A stretch of DNA of 64,000 nt from an uncultured Acidobacteriota bacterium. GTDB lineage: Bacteria > Acidobacteriota > Terriglobia > Acidiferrales > UBA7541. Positions 53,745-63,584 of this stretch are shown here, in pieces. The notes under the pieces are model-generated. The model did no database searches. It saw nothing but the letters and a program-made list of their open reading frames with translations, and was not told where the DNA came from. Made by a program: the position numbers and the translations under genes. Location of the stretch: positions 3,417,159 through 3,481,158 of the forward strand of contig OY969905.1 in NCBI GenBank assembly GCA_963704455.1, given 5' to 3'. The first letter of the stretch is position 1. Each line of letters begins with the position of its first letter.

Positions 53745-54994
53745 CCGATGCAAGGGCGATTGCGGAAGCCGTATTCCGCGAAGAGTCGGGCCGGATCGTT
53801 GCAAGTTTGATCCGGCTCTCCGGCTCGTTCGATTTGGCCGAAGAGGCCATGCAGGACTCCTTCGCTTCCGCTCTGGCAAATTGGCCGCTGCGCGGGATCC
53901 CCAGAAAGCCCGCCGCGTGGATCACCGCCGTCGCGCACCGGAAATTGATTGACCACGTTCGGCGCCAGAGCACGCGCACCGACAAACAGGATGCGCTCCT
54001 CTATGAAACCAAAAACACCATGGCCAACGACGATGTTTCCCCGGACGAATTATCCGTGACCTACCCCGACGATCGCCTCCGCCTGATTTTCACCTGCTGC
54101 CACCCCGCCCTGAATCGCGAAGCGCAAGTGGCGCTAACTCTGCGCACGCTCGGCGGCCTCACCGCAACCGAGATCGCCCGCGCATTCCTTCTCGCCGAGC
54201 CCGCGCTAGCGCAAAGGCTTGTCCGCGCAAAGCAAAAAATCCGCGACGCCAACATCCCCTATGAAGTCCCTGCGCCCAGCGCGCTAAGCGATCGTCTCGA
54301 ATCCGTCCAGGCCGTCATCTACTTAATTTTCAACGAAGGCTATTCCGCAACTGCCGGTGACCAACTTGTCCGCGCTGATCTCTGCGCCGAAGCCATCCGC
54401 CTCGCGCGCGTGCTCCGCGAACTCCTCCCCCGTGAGCCGGAGAATCTCGGCCTCCTCGCGCTGATGCTTCTCCATGATTCGCGCCGCGCCGCGCGCGTAA
54501 ATTCCAACAGTGAACTGATCACGCTCGAAGATCAGGACCGCTCTCTTTGGAACCAAAACCAAATCCGCGAAGGGATCCACGTGGTCGAAGAAGCGCTGCG
54601 TCTACACGCGCCGGGCCCATATCAGTTGCAGGCCGCCATCTCCGCGTTGCACAGCGAAGCCGCCACGCCCGAACAAACAGATTGGCGCCAAATCGCGTTG
54701 CTCTACGCCGAACTCGCGCGCATCATGCCTACTCCCGTCGTCGCGCTCAACCAGGCCGTGGCCATTGCAATGAGCGAAGGCCTCTCGCGCGGCCTGGCCA
54801 TGATTGACGACCTCGGCGTTTCCGGCGAGTTGAATGACTACTATCTTTTCCACGCTGCCCGCGCCGACCTACTGCGCCGCCTCGATCAGCGCCGCGAAGC
54901 GGCCAAGGCCTACCAGCGCGCAATCTCTCTCGCCACAAATCAAGTAGAGCGAAACTATCTCTCCCGCCGCTTGCACGAAGTGGCCCAGAAATAA
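53741..54994 (+). CDS. ECF-type RNA polymerase sigma factor with long C-terminal helical (TPR-like) extension (COG4941-like)
   Basis: Sigma region 2 (...[36 protein letters not shown]...), region 4, then about 230 aa of extension. Overlaps the upstream YciI gene by 4 nt. Confidence 0.8.
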   Translation: MTDARAIAEAVFREESGRIVASLIRLSGSFDLAEEAMQDSFASALANWPLRGIPRKPAAWITAVAHRKLIDHVRRQSTRTDKQDALLYETKNTMANDDVSPDELSVTYPDDRLRLIFTCCHPALNREAQVALTLRTLGGLTATEIARAFLLAEPALAQRLVRAKQKIRDANIPYEVPAPSALSDRLESVQAVIYLIFNEGYSATAGDQLVRADLCAEAIRLARVLRELLPREPENLGLLALMLLHDSRRAARVNSNSELITLEDQDRSLWNQNQIREGIHVVEEALRLHAPGPYQLQAAISALHSEAATPEQTDWRQIALLYAELARIMPTPVVALNQAVAIAMSEGLSRGLAMIDDLGVSGELNDYYLFHAARADLLRRLDQRREAAKAYQRAISLATNQVERNYLSRRLHEVAQK

Positions 54995-55021
54995 TTCAGC
55001 GCCACGGTCGAATTCATGCGC

Positions 55022-55057
55022 AAAAAAACAGCGGGAGGATTCGAGAGAATCCTCCGC
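55022..55057 (-). terminator. rho-independent terminator (shared hairpin element) downstream of the Big_2 lipoprotein gene
   Basis: On the minus strand, hairpin ggaggatt-cgagag-aatcctcc followed by T7. On the plus strand the same element is preceded by an A7 run. Confidence 0.6.
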
Positions 55058-55096
55058 TTCCTGTCTCGGCTGCGATCGTTCTGGCGTGTGACTGTC

Positions 55097-57541
55097 TTAT
55101 TTCTCGATCGTCGCTCGTAACTGCGTGCCGAAGTCATAGAGGGCTTGCCTTAAGAGGATTTTCGATGGGGAAATCATATATAGGATCCAATTCATCGGTG
55201 GCCCCGTCGCGGGCGTAGTTGTCAAAGTTCCTCGGCCATTCGCCCCGATTGCGTAGGTGCCTGTAAATGTGCTCCCCATGCCGATTCCGTTTCCATCGAT
55301 GGCATCCACAGTCCCGCTCAGGTTGCCGTTCCCGTCTGCCGTCACGATCCCGCTGCCTGATCCCAGAAACAGATATATTCCATATGCGTTCAGAACGTAA
55401 TCACCTGAGATGGAGGCATTGTTGAACGGCCCCCCGGATTGGCTCTCCAACGTTCCGAGCCCGAGGACGAACGCCTCTCCCGGCGCCACGAGATAGAAAA
55501 CTGCCGGGAGCCCCCCCGGGAACTGGGTTCCGGAGAGATTGAGCGTTCCGCCGCCAAGCCCGTCTCCGTCCACCGTGTACGACCCGCTAAACGGCACGCT
55601 CGTGGCCACGTTATTTGCATCCACCACATCGCTTGTCCCGCTCACCGTTCCTACCCCGTCGAATGTCGCCAGCTCTACGTTGAGATCGCCCGGTCTGTAA
55701 TCATCGTTATTAAGAACATCGCCGGAATAAATGACGGTCGCCCCACTCAACGAGCTTGCGTCGAACGGCCCTGCGGACCGGCGCAGGGCAGTTCCTGCAA
55801 GGAATGTCTCGTTAGCCGTGTTGTTGGATAGGCCGTCGGTCTCAAAAAAAAGTAATTCGTTCGCAGAAATCATGTAGAACACAAAATCAGAAAAGGGCGT
55901 GGTCGATCCATCAAAATTCATTTTTGCAGTCCCTCTCCCCTGTGCATCAACGTTGTACGTGCCCGCGAATGATAGAGGCTGTGAATCGATCCCAGGGCCA
56001 TTTCCAAGCGTGGCGGTTTGCCCCGCGCTCAACAACCCACTCTTCGCCGTGAACCTGCCTGTCGCCTCGTAGGTAAAGAATGTGGGTTCAAAAAAAAAGC
56101 CATTGGGGGTGGGTTTCATAATGAACGCAAAGTCTCCCGCAATGGCATCGTTCGTGAACGCCGTCGGGTCTTGTCGCGCAAAATACCCGCTGACATAGCG
56201 CACTTCGCTGATACCCTGAAAAACAACGCCGTCACTTAGTCCACCACCCAATTTCCCGCGGCTTGCCACCCCGGATACAAACGAATCCAGCGCAAACGAG
56301 AAAGAATACGAATAGCTAAGGGCCGGGTCGAAATCAGAGCCCAGGACCAGCGTCATTGCGCCGCGATTGTCCGAACCGATGGAATACGTTCCGCCGATGA
56401 TCGGAGTGTTTAGGCAACTACACAAGGAACCGCCGTCGTATAATGAAAAGGCTCCGTCGAAGACTCCACTGGTAATATGGCCGTTCCCGTCGGCAGAAAT
56501 GCTTCCGGCTAGGACATCTGTCCCGCCGGTATCCGGGTCCCCTTGTGTACTATCAGTGATAAGGAACGCATAAGACCCGGCCAGCTTGGCATTGTTCGCG
56601 TTGGCTCCGAGTATCAGTGTGGCCGAGCCGCGGATGGACGCATCCGCGACGGAAGTCGCTGTAACGTTCACAATTGGCGGATTTGGGCTTGAATTGGGCG
56701 CCTCGAAATTCCCGCTTGAGTCAATCGTTCCGCAGCTCGCTCCCGCGCAACCGGTTCCAGATACGCTCCAGTTGACCACGGGTATGGCGCCCGCCGGTAC
56801 TCCCTCTGCCGTGAATTGCTGCACTCCATTAATTTGGACCGTGGCATTGCCTGGCGAGACAGAAATCCCGGTTGGTACGGGAGTGATTGTCACTGTCACA
56901 GAGGCTTGCTTGGTCGGGTCGGCCACAGAGGTCGCGGCGATTGACGCCCAGGCTACCGCGTCGGCTAGCGCTGTCGGCGGAGTGTATTTTCCCGTTGCGT
57001 CAATAGTTCCGCAGCCGGCGTCGCAGAAGAAATACCCCACGCTCCATGTCACTCCCTTATTCGCCGGATCATTCTGAACTTGAGCGGTGAATTGCAGACT
57101 CTGTCCGATTTGCACTGGACTGTTCCCAGGCGTCACTGTCACTGCGATTGGGGGCGGAGGCGGTGGGATCACAATCACCGACCCAAAACCTTGTTTGGAT
57201 GGATCCGCAACGGATGTCGCGACGACTGATATATTGGGAGGATTTGGAACGGTCGCGGGAGCCGTGTATTTCCCATTCGCGTCAACTGTTCCGCAAACCG
57301 CCGCAGCGCATCCGGGGTTTCCAATCCCCCACGTGACTCCCTTATTTGCCGGGTCGTTTTGAACTGTCACAATAAATTGTTCCGATTGCCCCGGTGGAAG
57401 TGACACAGTGGTTGCCGGAAGAACGCTGACGACAATCGGTGGCGGCGGCGCGCTCGCGCCGCCACCGCATCCCGTTAATATTCCAAAACATGCGATTATC
57501 AATATCGCTATTCCAAGTGGTGAGGCTGTTCTGCGGCACAT
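55097..57541 (-). CDS. large lipoprotein with three tandem Ig-like (Big_2-type) repeats and a C-terminal beta-rich domain
   Basis: Lipobox ...ILTGC after MCRRTASPLGIAILIIACFG. Three ~95-aa repeats containing QFTAxVQNDPANKGVTWSxG...CGTIDAxGKYTxP. ATG at 57541 with GGGGGG upstream. Confidence 0.75.
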   Translation of the reverse strand: MCRRTASPLGIAILIIACFGILTGCGGGASAPPPPIVVSVLPATTVSLPPGQSEQFIVTVQNDPANKGVTWGIGNPGCAAAVCGTVDANGKYTAPATVPNPPNISVVATSVADPSKQGFGSVIVIPPPPPPIAVTVTPGNSPVQIGQSLQFTAQVQNDPANKGVTWSVGYFFCDAGCGTIDATGKYTPPTALADAVAWASIAATSVADPTKQASVTVTITPVPTGISVSPGNATVQINGVQQFTAEGVPAGAIPVVNWSVSGTGCAGASCGTIDSSGNFEAPNSSPNPPIVNVTATSVADASIRGSATLILGANANNAKLAGSYAFLITDSTQGDPDTGGTDVLAGSISADGNGHITSGVFDGAFSLYDGGSLCSCLNTPIIGGTYSIGSDNRGAMTLVLGSDFDPALSYSYSFSFALDSFVSGVASRGKLGGGLSDGVVFQGISEVRYVSGYFARQDPTAFTNDAIAGDFAFIMKPTPNGFFFEPTFFTYEATGRFTAKSGLLSAGQTATLGNGPGIDSQPLSFAGTYNVDAQGRGTAKMNFDGSTTPFSDFVFYMISANELLFFETDGLSNNTANETFLAGTALRRSAGPFDASSLSGATVIYSGDVLNNDDYRPGDLNVELATFDGVGTVSGTSDVVDANNVATSVPFSGSYTVDGDGLGGGTLNLSGTQFPGGLPAVFYLVAPGEAFVLGLGTLESQSGGPFNNASISGDYVLNAYGIYLFLGSGSGIVTADGNGNLSGTVDAIDGNGIGMGSTFTGTYAIGANGRGTLTTTPATGPPMNWILYMISPSKILLRQALYDFGTQLRATIEK

Positions 57542-57679
57542 ATCCCCCCCTAATCGGTGGCCAGTGCAATTCGGCGGTCTCACGGAAGTACCGCGGAAGG
57601 GCCTGCAAAGTCTTGACGTCGGTCTGACATTTTCCTGATAGAATGCCCCCACACTTATTCTTTGTTGGTAGTGACTCAT

Positions 57680-59857
57680 ATGAATCGCCCAGTAACGCCT
57701 TTCTATGATTTCGGCCCCTTCCGTGTGGACACTGCCGATTACCGTCTTTTCCGCGACGGGGTGGAAGTTCCCCTTGCCCCTAAAGTCTTCGAGACACTAC
57801 TTGTACTGCTTGAGAAGCCCGGCCAATTGGTCTCGAAAGATGAGCTGATGGAGCGGGTTTGGGCCGGCACATTCGTCGGCGACGACGCTCTCGCGCAGAA
57901 GATCTCACTCCTCCGCAAGGCCCTGGACAATGGCAACGGGTCGAACGTTTACATCTCCACTGTCCCGAAGCTCGGTTACCGGTTCGCGGGAGAGGTAAGT
58001 TGCCTGGATTCCACGACCATTGGTATTCCGACCCCCCGGGGCCTTGGCAGCGGGATCGCAAATGGCCTGGAAATCTTGCCATTACCGGCAAAGCGCAATC
58101 GTTGGCTGATGGCTGCCGTTGCTTTGGGGATCCTATGCTGTGTGGTCGGGGCTGCGCTGCTGGCAATGCGTCACGCTCCTGTCATTTCGGCCGCGAACTA
58201 TCGAATCAGCGAATTGAATGTCTCCAATTTCGTGGACAATGGTGTGCTTTCACCAGACGGAAATCACATCGCCTATGTGGCATTCGAGCAAAATGGGGTC
58301 AGTCTTTGGGTCCGGCCGATTGCCTCCGAGGGAAAAGGACTGCGGGTCGTGGCACCAATGCAAGGTCTCATCGGGGGCGTGAGTTACTCGCCGGATGTGG
58401 CCTATCTCTATTACACCACGAGGAGAATCCCCCAGGATCGCGGCGTTCTTTTCCGAATCAATTCGCTGGGCGGCACTCCCCAGCGACTGCTCGAAGGGAT
58501 CGCTGGAGACGTCCAGTTTGACCCCAGCGGCCAGCGCATCGTTTTCAAACGGTTTAAATACTCGACGCAGGGCGACGTCGTCGGTGCGGAACTGGTTCTG
58601 GCGCGCCCCGATGGCACGGACACGCGCCCAATCGCGAAATGCGACGCCCAGAGTTCCGAGTTTTATGGTTATTATTGGACGCTCGACGGCAAGATCGTTT
58701 ATTCCGAAGCCGTCCGAAAACAGGGAAAAACCGATTGGTATCTTGTTGAGATTTCCGCAAACGGCGGTGCCGTCACCAGAATTGCTGAACCTCGTCTAAG
58801 TAATCTCTATGTCATCCGGCCGCTAAGCCGCTCCGAGACTGGCGCAATCGCAAATGATGTCCAAACTGGGTCGTCCCAAGTCTGGGTGCTCAACTGGAAC
58901 GGAGATGTCCGGGGCGTGACAAACGACACGAGCCGGTATGTTTTCCTGAGCGCCGTCTTTAACTCTCGCAAGATGGTCGCGGCACGTATGGATGTCGAAG
59001 ACTCTCTCTGGATCGCCGGCGCCACGCAGAATCGGGGCGATTCTGCCCGGACTTTGAATCCGCAGCAGCTGAATCTTCCCCCGGGCGGCTATGACACCCC
59101 TGTTTTGACACCCGACGGAAATATTGTCTATTCAGCCCCGGCTGGGGGCCGTAAAAGGGATTTGTGGTGGATCCGTCCCGATGGCACCGGCCAGATGCGC
59201 CTTACCTCCAACGGCGGAAACAATGCGGACGAGTCACTTTCTCCTGACGGAAAGTTTCTCGTGTTCACATTACGCCGGGAGGGCACGGCGCGGATCTGGC
59301 GTCTGGACATCGACGGTTCGAACCCCCTCCAACTCACCGTGGGCCGTGACGATGAAAACCCACTGGTTTCGCCTGACGGCAATTGGGTGGTATACAACTC
59401 ACAAGTTGGCGACCAGTGGTCCTTAATGAAGGTTCCCAGCGCCGGCGGAACACCAATCAGAATTGGCGATTCGATTCGCACCCCCGCTCATGTTTCTCCT
59501 TTGATCTCGCCCGACGGCAAACTTATTGCCTCCATGCGCTTCAGTTCGTCGGAGCGCCTCCAGCGCTGGGGAATTCTTTCATTGGATGATGGCTTACTCA
59601 AAAATGAATTCGATATGCCGAAGAATTGCTACGCTGTTTCATGGAGCCTTGACGGAAAGTCCCTAATCTACCTTCCCCAGCCGAGCGAGACGCAAGCATT
59701 GTGGAGCCAGCCCATCACGGGCCAGCCTCCAAGATTAATCGCGAATCTTGGTTTTTCGGATGTCTATTCTCTTAATTGGTCCCAGGACGGCAGAAGAATC
59801 TTGCTGCTTCGCAGGACTGTAAAGAATGACATGGTCTTGATTGAGGAAACGAAATGA
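57680..59857 (+). CDS. CadC/OmpR-type winged-helix transcriptional regulator fused to TM and periplasmic TolB-like beta-propeller
   Basis: N-terminal trans_reg_C-like region (...FRVDTADYRLFRDGVEVPLAPKVFETLLVLLEKPGQLVSKDELMERVW...), one TM, then repeated ...SPDG... propeller blades. Confidence 0.8.
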   Translation: MNRPVTPFYDFGPFRVDTADYRLFRDGVEVPLAPKVFETLLVLLEKPGQLVSKDELMERVWAGTFVGDDALAQKISLLRKALDNGNGSNVYISTVPKLGYRFAGEVSCLDSTTIGIPTPRGLGSGIANGLEILPLPAKRNRWLMAAVALGILCCVVGAALLAMRHAPVISAANYRISELNVSNFVDNGVLSPDGNHIAYVAFEQNGVSLWVRPIASEGKGLRVVAPMQGLIGGVSYSPDVAYLYYTTRRIPQDRGVLFRINSLGGTPQRLLEGIAGDVQFDPSGQRIVFKRFKYSTQGDVVGAELVLARPDGTDTRPIAKCDAQSSEFYGYYWTLDGKIVYSEAVRKQGKTDWYLVEISANGGAVTRIAEPRLSNLYVIRPLSRSETGAIANDVQTGSSQVWVLNWNGDVRGVTNDTSRYVFLSAVFNSRKMVAARMDVEDSLWIAGATQNRGDSARTLNPQQLNLPPGGYDTPVLTPDGNIVYSAPAGGRKRDLWWIRPDGTGQMRLTSNGGNNADESLSPDGKFLVFTLRREGTARIWRLDIDGSNPLQLTVGRDDENPLVSPDGNWVVYNSQVGDQWSLMKVPSAGGTPIRIGDSIRTPAHVSPLISPDGKLIASMRFSSSERLQRWGILSLDDGLLKNEFDMPKNCYAVSWSLDGKSLIYLPQPSETQALWSQPITGQPPRLIANLGFSDVYSLNWSQDGRRILLLRRTVKNDMVLIEETK

Positions 59858-59976
59858 ATGCAAGCGAGCGTCCCGGTCTTGGAAATCTGCGATCTCGATT
59901 CACCCACCGTCGTCTCAATGTGATTCAGTGGCCTTGGTCAATCTCGAGTGTGTCGGAAAATAATTACAGAGCCCTC

Positions 59977-60013
59977 AAAAAAACAGCGGGAGGATTCTCT
60001 CAAATCCTCCCGC
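59977..60013 (-). terminator. rho-independent terminator (shared hairpin element) downstream of the 60091-60963 gene
   Basis: aaaaaaacagcgggaggatt-ctctcaa-atcctcccgc. On the minus strand the hairpin is followed by T7. Confidence 0.6.
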
Positions 60014-60090
60014 CGCTCACTTTGGTGGTGGTCTGTTGCTGCCTAGCGGTTTAGCCGGTAGGGCTTTTTCCGCTGTGTTTCAATGCGCGT

Positions 60091-60963
60091 TCAGTTTCCG
60101 CTCGTGCTCGCCGATGCCTGCGATGCGGGCGCCGCGGACTTCGGAACGCTCAGGTAGCCGACGATCTTGTTCTTTGATACTTCGTTGATCACCAGCTCCA
60201 GCTTGTCGCGGCTGCCGCTCGTGATGAAGAACACCGGCTCGTTCACTTGACGGTTCTTCTTCTCGAACTTCTTGTCATCCGCGTAGAGGTTCACGGTGTA
60301 CTGGTTGTGTTTGACGTCCACACCGCGCAGTTCCAGCGTCACGTTGCCGAGCTTTTGCTTTGAGCCCTTGTCGGTAATCGTGAATTCATAATAGTCACGC
60401 TGTCCCAATCGGCGGAGCTGATCGATTTCATCGTGGTTGCGCGCGATCTGCGTGCCGAGTTCTCCGCGGGCATTCACCAAATCCGCGCGTGTGGCGTCGA
60501 GGTCGGTGCGCACGCCGTTCACGTTCGTCGAAACAGCATTCAGATCATCCGTGTTTGCTTTTGTCGCGAGCGTATTCTGCGTGGTCGCCACTTGGTCCTG
60601 AATCGCGGCCATCTGCTTCGTATATTGATCGCGAGTCTGCGTGGCTGAATGGCGCGTCTTGTCGAGATCGCTTTGCGTGACCTTCAACTTGTCGGTCACG
60701 GTTCCGAGATCCGCCTGCAATTGCGTGTTCGATGCTTCGGACTGCGAAAGCCTTTGGCTTACTGTATCGAGATTTGTTCGCAGCGCCTTGGCATCATTGA
60801 TGGATGCCTGCTGCGCTTCGCGCGCGTGATTGGCCGCGCTCCAACCCACGCCGAGAGCGAGCAGGGAAACTGCCGCCAGCGCAACAACGGCAATACCCAG
60901 CCAGCGTGGAGTCCCTGTTCCTTCAGTCACTTGATTCGACTCTTGACGGTCTTCATTAAACAT
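60091..60963 (-). CDS. membrane-anchored coiled-coil protein, hypothetical
   Basis: One TM near the N-terminus, long Q/T/D-rich coiled coil, globular C-terminus. Confidence 0.55.
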   Translation of the reverse strand: MFNEDRQESNQVTEGTGTPRWLGIAVVALAAVSLLALGVGWSAANHAREAQQASINDAKALRTNLDTVSQRLSQSEASNTQLQADLGTVTDKLKVTQSDLDKTRHSATQTRDQYTKQMAAIQDQVATTQNTLATKANTDDLNAVSTNVNGVRTDLDATRADLVNARGELGTQIARNHDEIDQLRRLGQRDYYEFTITDKGSKQKLGNVTLELRGVDVKHNQYTVNLYADDKKFEKKNRQVNEPVFFITSGSRDKLELVINEVSKNKIVGYLSVPKSAAPASQASASTSGN

Positions 60964-61297
60964 TTTCGTGTTCTCCTTGGTTCAATCCCATGCGTGACTT
61001 GTAAAGAGCACGTGCCACGCCAAATCCGCCATTCCCGTAAGTGGCGTGTTTCCAGCGACTTGGAGGCCTTATGTGGGATGCGCCACAAACCCCAGCATTG
61101 CAAACTTTACAGGTGGTATGTCGTTTCTATGTGTTGATTCGTTGGCTAAAAAAGACCGAGAAAAATCGCGAATCGCGGCGCAAAAGATTTCTTGGATGGA
61201 CTGCGACAGCGAAATTAGCGAGGAAAAGTGCGGGAAAACGCAGAGAAGAAAAAATTGAGATATGGAGCGCGAAAAATCGCGCTTGCTTGCAAGAAAA

Positions 61298-61492
61298 TTA
61301 CGCGTGCGTGGGATGCGGAAGCCGCGTGGGATCGGCGCCGAAATAAACTTGCAAAGTTTCCTCGGCAGCGTCAAGAATCCGCAGGCAATCCGGGCAGCCC
61401 GCGAGGTGTTTTGAAACCTGCTGCTCCATGAGCGGCGAGAGACGGCCTTCGATGTAATCGCAAATCAACTTTGTGGCGACGCTGCAGTTCAT
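61298..61492 (-). CDS. putative zinc-finger (zf-HC2-type) anti-sigma factor, small
   Basis: MNCSVATKLICDYIEGRLSPLMEQQVSKHLAGCPDCLRILDAAEE (H-x3-C-x2-C). ATG at 61492 with GGGGG upstream. The longer GTG-start form extends to 61558. Confidence 0.5.
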   Translation of the reverse strand: MNCSVATKLICDYIEGRLSPLMEQQVSKHLAGCPDCLRILDAAEETLQVYFGADPTRLPHPTHA

Positions 61493-61738
61493 GATACCCC
61501 CCCGAACCAGCATCCTGGGTAAAGCACTTGCACTGCCACACTCTGTTGGATGCACCACGCCTTTAACTGGTTGGCAGGAAACGGCTTAGCGGAAGGACGG
61601 GTCCAGGGGCCTCGCCGAAGGGGGTACTAGGACGATGCCATTTCTACACTCCGGGAGGCGTTTCCGGGGGGACAAAATAAAATTAGGTTGATCACCTTAA
61701 TAATTTTCAATGTGAAAAAACGGTGTTTTTTTCGAGGG

Positions 61739-61762
61739 CAAATTGCACCATTTTGGTGCAAT
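61739..61762. promoter_or_regulatory. perfect inverted repeat AATTGCACCA-ttt-TGGTGCAATT (candidate operator)
   Basis: 10/10 palindrome with 3-nt spacer, about 20 nt downstream of the htpX stop. An A7/T7 mini-palindrome lies nearby at 61713-61732. Confidence 0.3.
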
Positions 61763-61783
61763 TTGGCGGGTCGCCGCCGGCGG

Positions 61784-62617
61784 TTAGCGGAGGACGGTCA
61801 TGTTGCGCAAAATCGCGATGCGCTCGGCGAGCGGCGGGTGCGTGCTGAAAAGTCCGCGGAAAACTCCGCCGAAAGTGAGCGGCTGCACGATGTAGAGCGA
61901 CGCTGTCGCGGGCGAAACGTTCATCGGGATGCGCTTGTTGTATTCGCCGAGCTTGCCGAGCGCGGAAATCAGTCCGTTTGCGTGGCCGACGAGGCGAACT
62001 CCGGCGGCGTCCGCGGCGTATTCGCGCTGCCGCGAAATTCCGAGTTGCAAAAGCATCGCGGCCAGCGGGGCGAGGAGCAGCATCAGGAGAGAGGCGATCG
62101 CATTTCCGCGCCGTCCGCCAGCGCCGCCGGTCCAAAAAGCTATGCGCGCGAGAAGCGTGATCGTGCCCGCAAGCATCGCCGCGACGGAAGTAATCAGGAT
62201 GTCGTAATTGCGGACGTGGGAAAGCTCGTGGGCGATCACGCCTTCGAGTTCTTCGTCATTCAATAATTTCATCAGGCCGGCCGTGACCGCGACGGAAGCG
62301 TGATTCGGGCTGCGTCCGGTGGCGAACGCGTTGGGCGCCTCTTCGGGCGTCACATAGAGCTTGGGCATGGGGATGCCGGACTTGCCGCACAGCCGCTCCA
62401 TCACTTCATACAGGCGCGGGAGCTGCTCGCGCGTGACGGGCTGCGCGTGGTTCTGCCGCAGGGCGATCTTGTCCGACATGAAGTAGGCGACAAGATTGAC
62501 GATGACCATCAGGCCGAATCCGAAGATGAGGCCGTTCTGCCCGCCCAGCATCTCGCCGCCCAGGACGAGAAGTACGCTCAGCGCGGCCAGCAATAAGGTT
62601 GTTTTCAGTGCTCGCAT
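61784..62617 (-). CDS. htpX: zinc metalloprotease HtpX (M48 family)
   Basis: HELSHV (HExxH) motif, four TM segments, ~277 aa. Confidence 0.9.
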   Translation of the reverse strand: MRALKTTLLLAALSVLLVLGGEMLGGQNGLIFGFGLMVIVNLVAYFMSDKIALRQNHAQPVTREQLPRLYEVMERLCGKSGIPMPKLYVTPEEAPNAFATGRSPNHASVAVTAGLMKLLNDEELEGVIAHELSHVRNYDILITSVAAMLAGTITLLARIAFWTGGAGGRRGNAIASLLMLLLAPLAAMLLQLGISRQREYAADAAGVRLVGHANGLISALGKLGEYNKRIPMNVSPATASLYIVQPLTFGGVFRGLFSTHPPLAERIAILRNMTVLR

Positions 62618-62775
62618 AGGATGGCTTTCTTGGGATTGTTCCCAAACAAATTAGATGCTTTGGACGGCTTACGGTTGCGCCCTGCCGCCTACTTGGGCTG
62701 CTCCCAATAAGGCTCAATATTTAGTTTAGGAGTTCTGGGCGAATGCGTCAAATCTGCCCCTTGTTTGACAGCGCC

Positions 62776-63456
62776 CTAATTCGGGTGGCTTTCATTTGCG
62801 GCTTCGCTCTTGCTTTGCAGAATCCCATTAATTCTCAATTGAAGCCCGTCACAATCGAGGAGGCCGCCGACAGTAGAGTTCTGAGTCTTGGTAATGATCC
62901 TTGTTATTGGAGTCCAAGCATAGCAGAAGGATTCGGAAACTCTGTTATCAAACCCATCGTTGTAGCTAAGTTCCCCTTTGAACTCCACCGTTCGTTTCCC
63001 GGGCCAAGGTTCGTCTCCGACTTGTTGAATTTGGAGGGGCCAGGGTATAGGGATTGTTACGTGAAATGCCTTCTCTTTTTCGATGACGGGGACGGCAGGA
63101 GGGTCAAAATTCTTGATTATCGGATCCCCGAGCGCAGCCTCGCCAGGCAAAGACTCATGGGTGATCTGTATCTTGAGGTGTACATCCTTAGCGGCTACGT
63201 CGCGAACGTTCGACAAACCTACTCCGAATCCTTCGGGGGAGACGTCTGTATCAAGGCGCAGAACTGCAGCTTGGGCGCCAATGAACTGTTGTTGCATCAA
63301 GGTAGTCTGCCTTGTAGCTGCTATCGTAGCGTTGTGCATCTCCGTCAACTGACGACTAGCAATGCAAGCGTAATAAACCACTGCGACGAGGGTAGCGACC
63401 TCAACGATAAATTTACCCCATTCCCGCCACTCGTTCTTTGGATTACCCGCCAGCAT
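62776..63456 (-). CDS. hypothetical single-pass membrane protein (lower-GC patch)
   Basis: N-terminal TM (FIVEVATLVAVVYYACIA). Distantly similar to the partial plus-strand ORF beginning at 63585. Preferred over the fully overlapping plus-strand ORF 62743-63507. Confidence 0.45.
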   Translation of the reverse strand: MLAGNPKNEWREWGKFIVEVATLVAVVYYACIASRQLTEMHNATIAATRQTTLMQQQFIGAQAAVLRLDTDVSPEGFGVGLSNVRDVAAKDVHLKIQITHESLPGEAALGDPIIKNFDPPAVPVIEKEKAFHVTIPIPWPLQIQQVGDEPWPGKRTVEFKGELSYNDGFDNRVSESFCYAWTPITRIITKTQNSTVGGLLDCDGLQLRINGILQSKSEAANESHPN

Positions 63457-63584
63457 GAATGCAGTTTACCAGAGTACATCTTCAGCATCTTGACCGCATT
63501 CGGCTAAAGCCGAAAAACGCGCATGGAGAATTCCTATGAAGGCAACTTCATCCTGTGTTAGGTTTGGCCACATGGAGATGAGAT

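Noticed and set aside
62743-63507. 254-aa plus-strand ORF with a signal-peptide-like N-terminus, fully overlapping the minus-strand gene 62776-63456.
   Set aside because: Only one of the two is likely real. The minus-strand product has a distant paralog encoded just downstream (63585 onwards), which supports it. The plus-strand ORF has no such support. Kept only as a caveat.
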